Source: Candidatus Omnitrophota bacterium (GTDB taxonomy: Bacteria > Omnitrophota > Omnitrophia > Omnitrophales > Aquincolibacteriaceae). From it: a stretch of 64,000 bases of DNA. Positions 52,571 through 63,079 of this stretch are shown here, piece after piece. The notes beneath the pieces were generated by a model. The model saw only the letters and a program-made list of their open reading frames with translations, was not told the origin of the DNA and did not search any database. A program made the position numbers and the translations under genes. Each line of letters begins with the position of its first letter. The stretch's first letter is position 1. The DNA lies in contig JAUYMS010000048.1 in NCBI GenBank assembly GCA_030698625.1, forward strand, positions 90,404 to 154,403, read 5' to 3'.

Positions 52571-53560
52571 ATGTTTGGATTAAAAGCAGAGGGAAAGCAT
52601 CAATCAAGTGAAACTCTGGTTATTCTTGGAGGAAACTCAAACCCGAGTCTAGTGAATGAGATTGCCGATTTTCTCAGTGCGCGGCCGGCAGAGGTGACGT
52701 GTGGCAGATTTCCGGAAGGCGAGATTCGCGTACAGATCAGGGAGAACATTCGCGGTAAAGACGTATTTATTGTGCAGTCGACGTGCACGCCGCCGAATGA
52801 CAACATCATGGAGCTTTTGATTCTCATTGATGCGGCTAAGCGTGCTTCGGCAATGCGTATCACCGCCGTCCTTCCTTTTTTTGGCTATGCACGGCAGGAT
52901 CGTAAGGATAAACCGCGGGTCCCCATTGCGGCAAAACTCGTAGCCAACCTGATCACGAAGGCTGGCGCTGATCGCGTCTTGACGATGGATCTGCACGCGG
53001 GTCAGATTCAGGGATTCTTTGACATTCCGGTGGATCACCTCTACTCGATAAGTATTATCGGAGAATATTTGCTTCGTAAGAATCTGAGCAATGTCTGCGT
53101 CGTTACGCCGGATATCGGCGGCACGCGTATGGCAAGAGCCTATTCGAAGCTGCTGTCTGCACCGTTGGCTATCGTCGATAAACGTCGGGAGGACGCGACA
53201 AAGACGCAAGTAGTGAATATTATAGGTTCCGTGGAGGGAAAAAATGTTCTCATCACCGATGACCTAATATCAACTGGCGGATCTCTGGTAGAAGCAGCAC
53301 GCGCACTTAAAGAAGCCGGGGCGCTTGATGTTTATGCGGCTGTCGTGCATCCGGTTCTCGCGGGTCCGGCTGTGGAAAGACTTGAAAATTCTGCTATCAA
53401 GGAACTCATCGTGACAAACTCGATTCCGATGACGGGTGAAAAGAAATCCGCAAAGGTGGTGCAGTTATCCGTGGCGCCGCTTTTAGCGGAGGCGATTTAC
53501 CGCATTCACCGAAACGAGTCTATCAGCGTACTGTTTTCAGACGTAGGTGTAGAGGCTTAA
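52571..53560 (+). CDS. prs: Ribose-phosphate pyrophosphokinase
   Basis: Near-complete co-linearity with Prs, including the PRPP-binding site DDLISTGGSL and FGYARQDRK. Confidence 0.95.
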   Translation: MFGLKAEGKHQSSETLVILGGNSNPSLVNEIADFLSARPAEVTCGRFPEGEIRVQIRENIRGKDVFIVQSTCTPPNDNIMELLILIDAAKRASAMRITAVLPFFGYARQDRKDKPRVPIAAKLVANLITKAGADRVLTMDLHAGQIQGFFDIPVDHLYSISIIGEYLLRKNLSNVCVVTPDIGGTRMARAYSKLLSAPLAIVDKRREDATKTQVVNIIGSVEGKNVLITDDLISTGGSLVEAARALKEAGALDVYAAVVHPVLAGPAVERLENSAIKELIVTNSIPMTGEKKSAKVVQLSVAPLLAEAIYRIHRNESISVLFSDVGVEA

Positions 53561-53596
53561 TCTAAAAGTGAAATCATTATTGGGAGGTTGTGCGAG

Positions 53597-54295
53597 ATGG
53601 AAACCGTAGAACTGGAAGTCAAACATAGAACAGGAATGGGGACATCGGCATCACGTAGGCTCCGCCGGAAAGGGGCAGTGCCCGCCATCCTTTACGGACA
53701 CGGTATGGAACCCGTTTGTTTTGAGGTTAATGCCAAGAGTCTTAGCAAGGTGCTTCACACGAAGGCGGGTGAGAACGTGGTTCTTCAGCTGAAGCCGGAA
53801 GGCGTCAATCTTAAGGAGTCCACGTGCGTGTTTAAACACATTCACAGTAATCCCGTAACGGACAAGATTGATCATGTTGATTTCATGATTATTTCAATGA
53901 CCGAAAAGATTACTGTGAACGTTCCTCTGGTTGTGGAAAACGGCGAAGATGCGCTGGGCGTTAAAGAGGGCGGTGTATTGGATGTAGTGCATCATGAGAT
54001 CGAGGTCGAGTGTCTGCCTGCTAATATCCCGCAGAGCATCAAAGTGGATGTCAAAGATCTGAATATCGGCGATGCGATTCACTTAAAGGATATCGCCATT
54101 CCTGAAGGGGTTACATTCACCCTCGAACCCGAAGATGTGCTTGTAAGCGTTCAAGCACCGCGGAAGGAAGAGGAGGCGGTGGCCGAAGAAGAAGAAGCGG
54201 CTGAGCCCGAAGTTATCGAGAAGGGAAAGAAGCCTGAAGAAGGCGCTGAAGGCGAAGCGCCTAAGAAAAAGGAAGACGCAAAGAAAGCCGAGTAG
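53597..54295 (+). CDS. rplY: 50S ribosomal protein L25 / general stress protein Ctc form with an acidic E/A/K-rich C-terminal tail
   Basis: GGGAGG lies 9 nt upstream of ATG 53597. L25 N-domain plus Ctc-type beta-barrel. Tail EEEAVAEEEEAAEPE...KKKEDAKKAE. Confidence 0.85.
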   Translation: METVELEVKHRTGMGTSASRRLRRKGAVPAILYGHGMEPVCFEVNAKSLSKVLHTKAGENVVLQLKPEGVNLKESTCVFKHIHSNPVTDKIDHVDFMIISMTEKITVNVPLVVENGEDALGVKEGGVLDVVHHEIEVECLPANIPQSIKVDVKDLNIGDAIHLKDIAIPEGVTFTLEPEDVLVSVQAPRKEEEAVAEEEEAAEPEVIEKGKKPEEGAEGEAPKKKEDAKKAE

Positions 54296-54312
54296 GACCC
54301 ACTTAACTTCAG

Positions 54313-54897
54313 ATGAAACTGATCGTGGGACTGGGGAATCCTGGTGGCAAGTACTCCGCGACTCGGCACAATGCCGGCCGATTGCTTGCGGAATTCTTCG
54401 CTCACTCCCTCTCGGTAAATTTTTTAAAAAAGAAAAAGCTGAACGCCTCACTGGCCGTTGGTGAGTTGGAAACCGAAAGCGTCATCGTGTCGTTCCCCGA
54501 AACTTTTATGAATCTTTCGGGCGGGGCTGTTCGGGCTATGGTGGGGAATTTCAACATTGATCCGAACACGGATCTTTTAGTCGTAAGCGATGATCTTGCG
54601 CTGCCTTTCGGCAAATTGCGTATACGGCCGCAGGGTAGCGACGGAGGCCACAACGGGATCAAATCGGTTATCGAAACCCTAGGCTGCTCATCTTTCGCAC
54701 GCCTTCGTATCGGTATTGGACATCCTCACGATATAGCCGATTCGACTGCTCCTGATAAGGTCGAGGAGTATGTTCTTAAGCCGTTCACTCAAGCAGAGAG
54801 GGAGCAATTGCCGGCCATTTTTAGGCGTGCTGAGGAAGCCTGTCGCCTGTGGATAACCAATCCCATGAGCCAGGTTATGAGTATCGTAAACAGTTGA
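54313..54897 (+). CDS. pth: Peptidyl-tRNA hydrolase
   Basis: MKLIVGLGNPGGKY...H context. Conserved prs-ctc-pth order. Confidence 0.9.
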   Translation: MKLIVGLGNPGGKYSATRHNAGRLLAEFFAHSLSVNFLKKKKLNASLAVGELETESVIVSFPETFMNLSGGAVRAMVGNFNIDPNTDLLVVSDDLALPFGKLRIRPQGSDGGHNGIKSVIETLGCSSFARLRIGIGHPHDIADSTAPDKVEEYVLKPFTQAEREQLPAIFRRAEEACRLWITNPMSQVMSIVNS

Positions 54898-54939
54898 TAA
54901 TAAAGGGCTAAGGGCGTTCCAGGAAGTGTTTCAATGCCC

Positions 54940-54968
54940 TTGCTTCACAGCCTATTATGTGTTAAATT
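54940..54968 (+). promoter_or_regulatory. Candidate promoter for rpsF-ssb-rpsR-rplI: TTGCTT-N17-(TG)tTAAATT
   Basis: -35 4/6 and extended -10 with 17-bp spacing, about 35 nt upstream of the rpsF ATG. Confidence 0.3.
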
Positions 54969-55002
54969 GAGTGCTTCAAATTTGTTGACGAGGAGAGGTG
55001 TC

Positions 55003-55371
55003 ATGAGGAATTACGAAGGAATCTTTGTTTTTTTGCCGAATATTACGGAAGAAGTGAAGAAGGAACAAGAAAACGCCCTTGATGCGTTGGTCAAGAAATT
55101 CGAGGGTAAAATTATTTTAAAGACCGATTGGGGCAAGCGCCAATTGGGCCACCCGATTCGTAAGAGTCGTGATGTATTCATGGTTCTTTGGGATTTTGAT
55201 ATGGAGCCGGCAAAAATGGTCGGTTTTCGCAAGGCTTTAGAGTTGAGTCAGGATGTGATTAAGTTTACGGTCAGTCTCAAGGATCCGCGTCTGGAAGAGC
55301 AGAAGAAGAACAATCCCGCTCCGAAGATTAGCGAACTCGCAGTTGAGTCTTCAAATCCGGTAACGAGGTGA
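55003..55371 (+). CDS. rpsF: 30S ribosomal protein S6
   Basis: GAGGAGAGG SD before ATG 55003. The track ORF from 54934 is extended upstream. Confidence 0.9.
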   Translation: MRNYEGIFVFLPNITEEVKKEQENALDALVKKFEGKIILKTDWGKRQLGHPIRKSRDVFMVLWDFDMEPAKMVGFRKALELSQDVIKFTVSLKDPRLEEQKKNNPAPKISELAVESSNPVTR

Positions 55372-55374
55372 TTT

Positions 55375-55848
55375 ATGGCAGCAACTTTAAATAAAGTAAT
55401 GCTTATTGGAAATCTGACGCGTGATCCGGAGTTACGCTATATCCCGTCGGGACAGCCTGTGGCCTCCTTTTCAATCGCTGTTAACCGCACCTACAATTCG
55501 CAGAGCGGTGAAAAGAAAGAGGAAGTCAGTTTTATTCGTGTTGTGGTCTGGGCAAAACTGGCTGAGATCACCAATGAATATCTTAAAAAGGGGAGCCCTG
55601 TTTTCGTAGAAGGCCGGCTTCAAAGTCGCAGTTGGGAAGCGCAGGACGGGAGCAAGCGTTCGACGATCGAAGTTATTGCGCAGAATATTCAATTCCTTGG
55701 CCGTCCATCGGGTTCGCGTGATACAACATTGCAGGTGCCTTCGGCCGACGATAGCATTTTTGAAGAACCCGCGGGTGCAGGGGCGTCAGCGAGATCCGTC
55801 TCCGTGTCAAAGGACGAGCTTAAGCCGGACGACGAAATTCCCTTCTGA
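55375..55848 (+). CDS. ssb: Single-stranded DNA-binding protein
   Basis: OB fold with a C-terminal acidic tip DDEIPF. Confidence 0.9.
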   Translation: MAATLNKVMLIGNLTRDPELRYIPSGQPVASFSIAVNRTYNSQSGEKKEEVSFIRVVVWAKLAEITNEYLKKGSPVFVEGRLQSRSWEAQDGSKRSTIEVIAQNIQFLGRPSGSRDTTLQVPSADDSIFEEPAGAGASARSVSVSKDELKPDDEIPF

Positions 55849-55876
55849 CCGAAATCATTATCATAAGGAGCAATTC

Positions 55877-56179
55877 ATGGCATTTACAAACAAGAGAACC
55901 GACAGTAGAACGGCAAAGCCGAAATCGCGTTTCGGGCGTAAGCCGACAGGTCGCCGTACTACTTTTCGCAAGAAAACAAACCGGTTTCTGTCCGTGTTTG
56001 GCGGAGCCAGCATAGTTGTGGATTACAAGGACGCGGACCGCCTATCGCGTTTTTTGACCGAGAAGGGAAAGATCATTCCTCGCCGTATCACGGCTTTAAC
56101 CGCAAAGCAGCAGCGCATGCTTTCCCAGGCCATTAAAAAGGCCCGCCACGCGGGATTACTCCCGTACCAGATCGATTAA
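55877..56179 (+). CDS. rpsR: 30S ribosomal protein S18 with a ~30-aa basic N-terminal extension
   Basis: AAGGAG lies 6 nt upstream of ATG 55877. Conserved core IVVDYKD...IIPRRIT...ARHAGLLPY. The track ORF from 55676 overlaps ssb and is an artefact. Confidence 0.85.
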   Translation: MAFTNKRTDSRTAKPKSRFGRKPTGRRTTFRKKTNRFLSVFGGASIVVDYKDADRLSRFLTEKGKIIPRRITALTAKQQRMLSQAIKKARHAGLLPYQID

Positions 56180-56180
56180 C

Positions 56181-56627
56181 ATGGAACTTATCCTTTTAAA
56201 AGACGTACCGAATGTAGGGTTCAAAGGGGAAATCATCCGTGTGCGGGAGGGGTTTGGCCGGAACTTCTTGCTTCCCAGGCGTCTCGCTGTTTCAAGCAGC
56301 CAGGCAAGTCAGCTGTTTATTGAGAAGCAAAAAGTGCGTTTAGCAAAAAGGGTGGCTGGAGAACGCGCCCAAGCCGAAAAGCAGGTTGAACAACTCAAGC
56401 AGTTAACGATTCAAATTCCATCGCGATCCGGCGACCAAGGGAAACTTTACGGTTCCATAACGGCTGATCATATCTGCGATGCCTTGAGCCAAAAGGGTTA
56501 TCAGTTTCGGAAGAAGCAGATTCGTTTGAAGGATGCTATCCGAACCCTGGGAGTTCATCCGGTCACGATCGAAGTATACCCACAGGTCAAGGCAACGCTA
56601 TCCATCGAAGTCGTTACTGAAGCCTAA
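56181..56627 (+). CDS. rplI: 50S ribosomal protein L9
   Basis: MELILLKDV...FLLP N-domain and the C-domain. Confidence 0.9.
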   Translation: MELILLKDVPNVGFKGEIIRVREGFGRNFLLPRRLAVSSSQASQLFIEKQKVRLAKRVAGERAQAEKQVEQLKQLTIQIPSRSGDQGKLYGSITADHICDALSQKGYQFRKKQIRLKDAIRTLGVHPVTIEVYPQVKATLSIEVVTEA

Positions 56628-56637
56628 TTTTCTGCTC

Positions 56638-58023
56638 ATGGCGGTTCAAAAAGTGGCCACAAACTCTCAGGCGGTTCCAGCCCTCTTTGAAAAGCTCCCC
56701 CCTCAGAATCGAGAAGCCGAGATGTGTGTGCTCGGTTCCATGTTGTTCGACGAGGAAGCCCTCGTGAACGTTCTGCAGTTATTGCGTGCCGATTATTTCT
56801 ATGACGAAAATCACAGAAAAATCTACACGGCAATACTTTCGCTTTTCGAAAAAAGTCAACCCGTTGACTTAATGACGCTCTCAAACGCGCTGCGCAGTCG
56901 CAGTGAACTTGAGGGTGTTGGGGGGACAAGCTATCTAACGCATCTTCATGCCCAGGTACCAACCGCTGCGCATGCGACGCACTACGCGCACATTGTGAAA
57001 GAGAAGGCGCTGCTTCGGTCTTTGGGCCAGAGCGCAACTCAGATTGTTCAGAACTGTTTTGACCCGGGCAGCGAGGTCGCACGGGTACTCGATCAGGCTG
57101 AACGAATGATTTTTGAACTCAGCCAGGATCAGATTGAAGGGCGGTTCGTGTCGTTTCGGGATATTATTCACCATAGCATGGAGACTATTGATCGACTCTA
57201 TGACCGTAAGGAGCACATAACGGGATTGGCGACGGGATTTAATGAGTTTGATGTCAAGACGGCTGGTCTTCAGCCCTCGGACTTGGTTATCGTTGCAGGA
57301 CGTCCCTCCATGGGGAAGTCGGCCTTTGTCTGCGGTCTTTGCGAGAACATTGGGGTTGTTTTAAAGAAGCCCATTGCGTTTTTCTCCCTAGAAATGAGTA
57401 AAGAGCAACTTGTGCAAAGAATGCTTTGTTCGCATGCCCGCGTCGATGCCCAAAAGGTGAGAACCGGTTATCTGTCACTGCAGGATTGGCCGAAACTGAC
57501 GGGAGCTGCTGGGAAGCTGTCTGAGGCGCCTATCTTTATCGACGATACTCCGGCGCAGACGATCGTGCAAGTGCGCACGAAGGCACGGCGTATGAAAATG
57601 CAGCATGATATTCAGCTTGTCATTATCGATTATATGCAGCTCATGCAGGGGACGGGAAATGCCGAAAGTCGGCAACAGGAAATTTCGGAGATATCCCGCT
57701 CTCTTAAGGCGCTCGCTCGCGAATTGAAAGTTCCTGTGATCGCGGTCAGTCAGCTTTCGCGCGCCGTCGAAAGCCGTACCGGCAATCGTCCGCAGCTTTC
57801 GGATTTGCGCGAATCGGGCGCCATTGAGCAGGATGCCGATGTGGTGACTTTTCTCTTTCGTGAGGAGTATTACAATCCGACCGAAGAGAACCGTAACAAA
57901 GCAGAGGCTATTATTGCTAAACAACGTAACGGACCCATCGGTTCGGTGGAGTTGCTGTTCTTGAAAGACTGGACGCGTTTTGAGAACCCCGAATTCTACC
58001 GCGAGGAGGAGACTAACCTATGA
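56638..58023 (+). CDS. dnaB: Replicative DNA helicase DnaB
   Basis: N-terminal domain (REAEMCVLGSML) and RecA-like C-terminal domain with Walker A GRPSMGKSAF and the characteristic SQLSRAVE motif. The start was chosen at MAVQKV. Confidence 0.9.
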   Translation: MAVQKVATNSQAVPALFEKLPPQNREAEMCVLGSMLFDEEALVNVLQLLRADYFYDENHRKIYTAILSLFEKSQPVDLMTLSNALRSRSELEGVGGTSYLTHLHAQVPTAAHATHYAHIVKEKALLRSLGQSATQIVQNCFDPGSEVARVLDQAERMIFELSQDQIEGRFVSFRDIIHHSMETIDRLYDRKEHITGLATGFNEFDVKTAGLQPSDLVIVAGRPSMGKSAFVCGLCENIGVVLKKPIAFFSLEMSKEQLVQRMLCSHARVDAQKVRTGYLSLQDWPKLTGAAGKLSEAPIFIDDTPAQTIVQVRTKARRMKMQHDIQLVIIDYMQLMQGTGNAESRQQEISEISRSLKALARELKVPVIAVSQLSRAVESRTGNRPQLSDLRESGAIEQDADVVTFLFREEYYNPTEENRNKAEAIIAKQRNGPIGSVELLFLKDWTRFENPEFYREEETNL

Positions 58024-60407
58024 GGAAATCCCTCTGGCTTGTTTTGCTGCTTCTGGCATGTCATGTGAGTGCGCCCAATGTTGCCTTTGCCGGCGATGAT
58101 CCGCTGGCTGAAGATCTTGACTCGCTTGAGCAGGAACTCCGCCAGATGCCGAAGGGTGAAGAGGCACCAGAACAGGTTCAGATGCCGAAGGAGCAGACCC
58201 CCCGGCAGGTGACTGGTCTTGAGATTCGCGGCAATCAAATCGTTAGTACGAATACTATTCTCAGCAAGATCAAGTCCCAGAAGGGCGAAATGCTTAGCCA
58301 GGATACCATTAATGCCGACATTAAGCGGCTTTATGGAACGGGTTTCTTCCAGGATATTAAGATGGAGCTCGAGGAAGAGACAGACGGGTATCGGTTGATC
58401 GTCTTCGTCGACGAGAAACCGATCGTGCGCCAAGTGCTTCTGGAGGGGTTTACGACCTTCAAGGAGGAGAAGCTGCGCAAAGAATTGAATATTATTGAGG
58501 GCCAGATCCTGGACCGGCGTTTGATTAAGCAGGGCATTGAAGCCATACGCAAGCTTTACGGCAGCAAGGGATTTAAATTCATCGACATCGACTCTGAAGT
58601 TGACGTCAACGCCAAAACAAAAGAAGCAACGATTTACGTGCGTATTACGGAAGGCGAGAAGTACAAGATTGAGAGTGTGGAATTCAAGGGAGCTACCTCG
58701 TTTGAGGCCAAGAAGCTCCGCAAATTGATGAAGACGAAGCGGGACCGCTGGTATACCTCCGGCGTATTTAAGGAAGAGCAGTTTCACAAGGATCTCGAAC
58801 GACTCCGATTTTTTTATCAGCAGGAGGGTTACCTTGACGTCAAGGTGGCGTCCGATTTCGATTATGACCGGGGCGAAAAGAAAATCCGGATCGTGATTCA
58901 GGTTGAAGAGGGGAATCACTACGTTACCGGTGAAGTTAAGATGGAAGGGAATGAGTTGTTCCCGGAGTCAGAAATCTGGGAACAACTTGAGATGCTCCCC
59001 GGTTTGACGTACTCTCAGTATTACCTGTCGCAGGATGTCGAACGAATCCGCAAGTACTATCACGAGCGCGGTTATCTCGACGCTCGCATTATTCCCGATA
59101 TTCGATTAAACCGAGATTCAGGCAAGGTGGACGTTTATTACAAGCTGCAGGAAGGGGATCTCCACTTTGTTGAGAAGGTGGTTATCCGCGGAAACACAAA
59201 AACCAAAGATATCGTTATTCGTCGCGAACTTCGCGTTCAGCCGGGATCCCGTTTTGACGGAACACAGATCGATAAGTCGAAGCAGCGTTTGGAAAATCTC
59301 GGTTTTTTTGAAGAAGTCACTTATGACACTGAGCCCGTAGCGGGGGCCACGAACCGCAAAGACCTTATTTTCCGTGTTAAGGAAAAAAGAACCGGTGAAT
59401 TGTCTTTCGGCGGTGGTGTCAGCTCCATAGACCGATTTGTGGGATTTGCCGAGATTTCTCAGAAAAATTTTGATTGGTTAAACTGGCCTCGCTTTACCGG
59501 CGGTGGCCAATCTCTATCGCTTAAAGCACGAATCGGCTCTTATAGTAAGGATTTCCGCCTGAGCTTTGTCGAACCCTATGTGTTCAACCGTCCCGTATCC
59601 TTCGGCGCGGATCTTTTTAATGTGCGGCAGGATAATAGAAACACCGATTTTGACGAAGAGCGCCGGGGCATTGCATTAACTATATCGCGTATGTTTAAGG
59701 ATGTCTTTCGATTGGGAACCGGTTATACCCTTGAGCGGGTTGAGCTCGATGATATCTCCGACGACGCGCCAACTATCGTGCGTGACTTTTCCGGAACCAA
59801 CTGGCTATCCCGATGGCGTGCTTTTACGAGCTACGATACCCGTGACAACGTTTTCAATCCTACGCGCGGCATGATTGTGAACTTCTCGGGAGATTTGGTG
59901 GGAGGGGTTCTTGCTGGTGACCAAGACTTTTACGTGTTGCAGACAAGCTTGACCCAGTATTGGAAATTCTTCAAGAAGCACATTTTGGAGTTGAAACTCC
60001 ACCTCGGGACGGCTTCGGAATACGGTGATTCCGAGGACGTTCCGGTGTTCGATCGCTTTTATGCAGGTGGTTTGGGGACGGTCCGCGGTTTCAACTATCG
60101 CCGAGTAGGTCCGATTGAAGCGGGCGATGCAGTTGGCGGTGAAACTCTGGCGGTCGGAAACTTGGAGTACACCTTCCCCATTCCTTATCTGGACGCATTT
60201 CGAGGGGCTGCCTTTATCGACGTGGGGCATGTAAATGAAAACGCATATGAGATTGATCCGAGCGAATTTTCCGTCAGTATTGGCCCTGGAGTTAAGATCA
60301 AAACGCCAATCGGGCCTGTCGCCTTTTATTACGGTCTTCCGATTGCCAACAAAGACGTGGAAGACACCAGCGGGCGTTTGGAGTTTAGTTTAAGCCGAGG
60401 TTTTTAA
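58020..60407 (+). CDS. bamA: Outer membrane protein assembly factor BamA (Omp85)
   Basis: Signal peptide, five POTRA-like repeats, and a C-terminal beta-barrel ending in an aromatic residue (..SRGF). Confidence 0.9.
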   Translation: MRKSLWLVLLLLACHVSAPNVAFAGDDPLAEDLDSLEQELRQMPKGEEAPEQVQMPKEQTPRQVTGLEIRGNQIVSTNTILSKIKSQKGEMLSQDTINADIKRLYGTGFFQDIKMELEEETDGYRLIVFVDEKPIVRQVLLEGFTTFKEEKLRKELNIIEGQILDRRLIKQGIEAIRKLYGSKGFKFIDIDSEVDVNAKTKEATIYVRITEGEKYKIESVEFKGATSFEAKKLRKLMKTKRDRWYTSGVFKEEQFHKDLERLRFFYQQEGYLDVKVASDFDYDRGEKKIRIVIQVEEGNHYVTGEVKMEGNELFPESEIWEQLEMLPGLTYSQYYLSQDVERIRKYYHERGYLDARIIPDIRLNRDSGKVDVYYKLQEGDLHFVEKVVIRGNTKTKDIVIRRELRVQPGSRFDGTQIDKSKQRLENLGFFEEVTYDTEPVAGATNRKDLIFRVKEKRTGELSFGGGVSSIDRFVGFAEISQKNFDWLNWPRFTGGGQSLSLKARIGSYSKDFRLSFVEPYVFNRPVSFGADLFNVRQDNRNTDFDEERRGIALTISRMFKDVFRLGTGYTLERVELDDISDDAPTIVRDFSGTNWLSRWRAFTSYDTRDNVFNPTRGMIVNFSGDLVGGVLAGDQDFYVLQTSLTQYWKFFKKHILELKLHLGTASEYGDSEDVPVFDRFYAGGLGTVRGFNYRRVGPIEAGDAVGGETLAVGNLEYTFPIPYLDAFRGAAFIDVGHVNENAYEIDPSEFSVSIGPGVKIKTPIGPVAFYYGLPIANKDVEDTSGRLEFSLSRGF

Positions 60408-60452
60408 GAGCATTAATATTCTGAAACAGAAAATGGAGGAGGAGTTTTAGAA

Positions 60453-60971
60453 ATGAAAACCCTTTTAACGATATTACTAATCACACTGAGTACAGTTTTG
60501 ATGGCAACGCCCACAGCGCATGCAGCGGCGGAGCCTAATTATGCTTACGTCGATGTAGCCAAAATATTCGACGAGTATGAGAAGACAAAAACGAACGACA
60601 CGGCGCTTCAGACCGCAGGGCAGGAGAAGGAGAAGGATCGCGAAAAGATGGTTAAAGATATTCGCGCCTTGAAGGACGAGCTTGTGCTTTTGGCCGATGA
60701 TGCCAAAGTGAAAAAACAGGAAGTGCTTGACGAAAAAATCCGGGAGCTTCAGGATTTTGATCGGGATGCGCGCCGCGACCTCGGGAAACAGAGAAATGAT
60801 CTCGTTCGCGATATCTTCCAGGATATTGATGAAGTGGTGAAGCGCTATGGGGAGCGTAAGGGTTTTGATTTAATTTTCAACGAAAGGGCTCTTCTTTATC
60901 GCCACGATAAGTTTGATATTACCCAAGATGTTTTGAAGGAATTGAACAAATCGTACGGTAAGAAGCAATAG
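60453..60971 (+). CDS. skp: Periplasmic chaperone Skp/OmpH
   Basis: Signal peptide plus coiled-coil. It sits in the conserved position downstream of bamA. Confidence 0.8.
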   Translation: MKTLLTILLITLSTVLMATPTAHAAAEPNYAYVDVAKIFDEYEKTKTNDTALQTAGQEKEKDREKMVKDIRALKDELVLLADDAKVKKQEVLDEKIRELQDFDRDARRDLGKQRNDLVRDIFQDIDEVVKRYGERKGFDLIFNERALLYRHDKFDITQDVLKELNKSYGKKQ

Positions 60972-60978
60972 AACAAAA

Positions 60979-62271
60979 ATGAACGTAGTCGTTAAGCAAA
61001 AAACAATCGGCAAGACGGTTGGTTTCGAAGGACAGGGCTTGCATACGGGTAACCTCGCCCACTTTAAGGTTCATCCTGGATCTCCGAATTCAGGCATCAT
61101 GTTTTGTCGTACGGATCTTGACCCTTCTCTGAAGGTCAAGGCCGTGATTGATAATGTGTGTTGTGATGAGGCCCGGCAGACTGCTTTGATCATCGGTAAG
61201 GGCATCGTGCGCACGATCGAGCACCTGATGGCGACGTTTCACGGCCTTGGTATCGACAATGCCTACGTCGAAGTAGACGGAGATGAGTTGCCGGGTATGG
61301 ATGGGAGTGCCCGGGATTTTGTCGAGGGATTTTTGGATGCCGGAATCGTCGAACAGGATGCGGAACGCCGGTGGATTGAGCTCGAAGAGCCTGTTTATGT
61401 CGATGCTGGCGATCAGAGTCTGGTGCTGCTGCCGTCTTCCCATTTGAGCGTCTCTTATACCCTGAGCTACCGGCATGAGGACCTGAAGGATCAGTTTCTG
61501 GCTCTCAGAGTCCTGCCGGAGATCTTCGAGAGGGAACTCGCGCCGGCGCGCACCTTTTGTCTGAAGCAAGAGGCCGAATATCTTCTGGCCCAAGGCTTTG
61601 GAAAGGGGGCAAATGTTACAAATACGCTCGTATTTGAGAAGAATGTCCCTATCGACAACTTGTTGCGCTTTGAAAATGAGGCCTGTCGTCATAAAATAAT
61701 GGATCTCTTAGGTGATCTGCTTCTGGCTGGTGGTTTTATTCGCGGTCACGTGATAGCCAACCGCAGTGGGCATGCGCTTAATCTAGATCTCGTAAGGAAA
61801 ATTGTTATGGCCAAAAAGGACGATAAAACTGATCTTCCCGCTGTCTTAGGTGTCAATGAAATTCAGAAGATCATTCCGCACCGTTACCCCTTTCTTTTTG
61901 TGGACCGCATCGAAGAGTTTAGTCCCGGGGTTCGCGCCGTAGGGTATAAGCAAGTCAGTATTAACGATTATTTTTTTCAAGGCCATTTTCCGGGGCACCC
62001 GGTTATGCCGGGCGTCCTCATCATTGAGGCTATGGCGCAGGTAGGCGGCGTGATCATGCTCAGTAAGCCTGAAAACAGAAATAAGATCGCCTACTTTATG
62101 AGCCTGGATTCTGCTAAGTTTCGGCACCCTGTTGTGCCGGGCGATGAATTAAGAATGGAAGTCTCAGTCAAAAAAATCCGAGCGCGCACCGGTCAATGTG
62201 AAGGGCGTGCTTATGTGGGAGATAAATTGGTATGCGAAGCGGAAGTGAAGTTCGCAGTCGTGGAACCGTAA
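60979..62271 (+). CDS. lpxC/fabZ: Bifunctional LpxC (UDP-3-O-acyl-GlcNAc deacetylase) / FabZ (3-hydroxyacyl-ACP dehydratase) fusion
   Basis: N-terminal 280 aa has the LpxC motifs (HTGN, HLMA, zinc ligands). C-terminal 150 aa has the FabZ hot-dog motifs (IPHRYPFLFVDR, FFQGHFPGHPVMPGVL). Confidence 0.85.
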   Translation: MNVVVKQKTIGKTVGFEGQGLHTGNLAHFKVHPGSPNSGIMFCRTDLDPSLKVKAVIDNVCCDEARQTALIIGKGIVRTIEHLMATFHGLGIDNAYVEVDGDELPGMDGSARDFVEGFLDAGIVEQDAERRWIELEEPVYVDAGDQSLVLLPSSHLSVSYTLSYRHEDLKDQFLALRVLPEIFERELAPARTFCLKQEAEYLLAQGFGKGANVTNTLVFEKNVPIDNLLRFENEACRHKIMDLLGDLLLAGGFIRGHVIANRSGHALNLDLVRKIVMAKKDDKTDLPAVLGVNEIQKIIPHRYPFLFVDRIEEFSPGVRAVGYKQVSINDYFFQGHFPGHPVMPGVLIIEAMAQVGGVIMLSKPENRNKIAYFMSLDSAKFRHPVVPGDELRMEVSVKKIRARTGQCEGRAYVGDKLVCEAEVKFAVVEP

Positions 62272-63038
62272 CAATCCATCCTACGGCTATCGTTCACCCT
62301 GACGCAGAGTTGGGTGAAGATGTCAATATAGGGCCCTTTAGTATTATTTCGGGGTCGGTTAAGATTGGTGACCGTACGATCATCGGTGCACGAGTAACCG
62401 TGGAAGGGAATACGACCATGGGTACCGATAACGAAGTATTCACGGGCGCTGTGATTGGAAGCCGAACCCAGGATAAGAAGTTTGACGGGGGCACGAGCTT
62501 TCTCAAGATTGGTAGCCGCAATAAGATCCGGGAATACGTAACCATCAATCCCGGTACTAAGGATGGGACCGAGACATCCGTCGGAGACGGTAATCTCTTG
62601 ATGGCGTACTGCCATGTCGCACATGATTGCGAGATTCGCGACCGCGCGGTGCTGGCGAATGCGGCCACGCTTGCCGGGCATGTGGTAGTCGAAGACATGG
62701 CGATCATCGGGGGGTTAAGCGCGGTTCATCAGTTCGTCCGGGTTGGAAGGCTCTCCATTGTGGGAGGTTGTTCCAAGGTGGTTCAGGACGCGCCGCCCTT
62801 CATGATGGTGGACGGGCACCCCGCGCGGGCGTATGGTACAAACTCCGTCGGCATCGACCGGGCAGGTATTGATAAGGAACAAAGGCTTGCCCTGAAGAAG
62901 GCTTTCAAAATAATCTTTCGCTCTAAGCTCACCTTGAAGAAGGCGATGTTGACAATGGAGCAAGAGATTGCTCCGAGCCCCTCCTTAAGCGTTTTATTGG
63001 ATTTTTTAAAAACGTCTGAGCGCGGAATCTGCCGCTAA
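62232..63038 (+). CDS. lpxA: Acyl-ACP--UDP-GlcNAc O-acyltransferase LpxA
   Basis: Left-handed beta-helix co-linear with E. coli LpxA (IHPTAIV...MAYCHVAHDC...AGHV). The start overlaps the lpxC/fabZ 3' end by 40 nt, so it is uncertain. Confidence 0.88.
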   Translation: MRSGSEVRSRGTVTIHPTAIVHPDAELGEDVNIGPFSIISGSVKIGDRTIIGARVTVEGNTTMGTDNEVFTGAVIGSRTQDKKFDGGTSFLKIGSRNKIREYVTINPGTKDGTETSVGDGNLLMAYCHVAHDCEIRDRAVLANAATLAGHVVVEDMAIIGGLSAVHQFVRVGRLSIVGGCSKVVQDAPPFMMVDGHPARAYGTNSVGIDRAGIDKEQRLALKKAFKIIFRSKLTLKKAMLTMEQEIAPSPSLSVLLDFLKTSERGICR

Positions 63039-63079
63039 CAAGGTAACCAGTCGCGCTCCTGATCTCCGGACACTTCTCT

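Noticed and set aside
54903-54941. AAGGGC-N27-GCCCTT hairpin after pth as a terminator
   Set aside because: Short 6-bp stem with a 27-nt loop and no U-tract. Not convincing as a terminator.
57996-58919. 307-aa minus-strand ORF overlapping dnaB 3' end and bamA 5' end
   Set aside because: Antisense artefact spanning two well-supported plus-strand genes.
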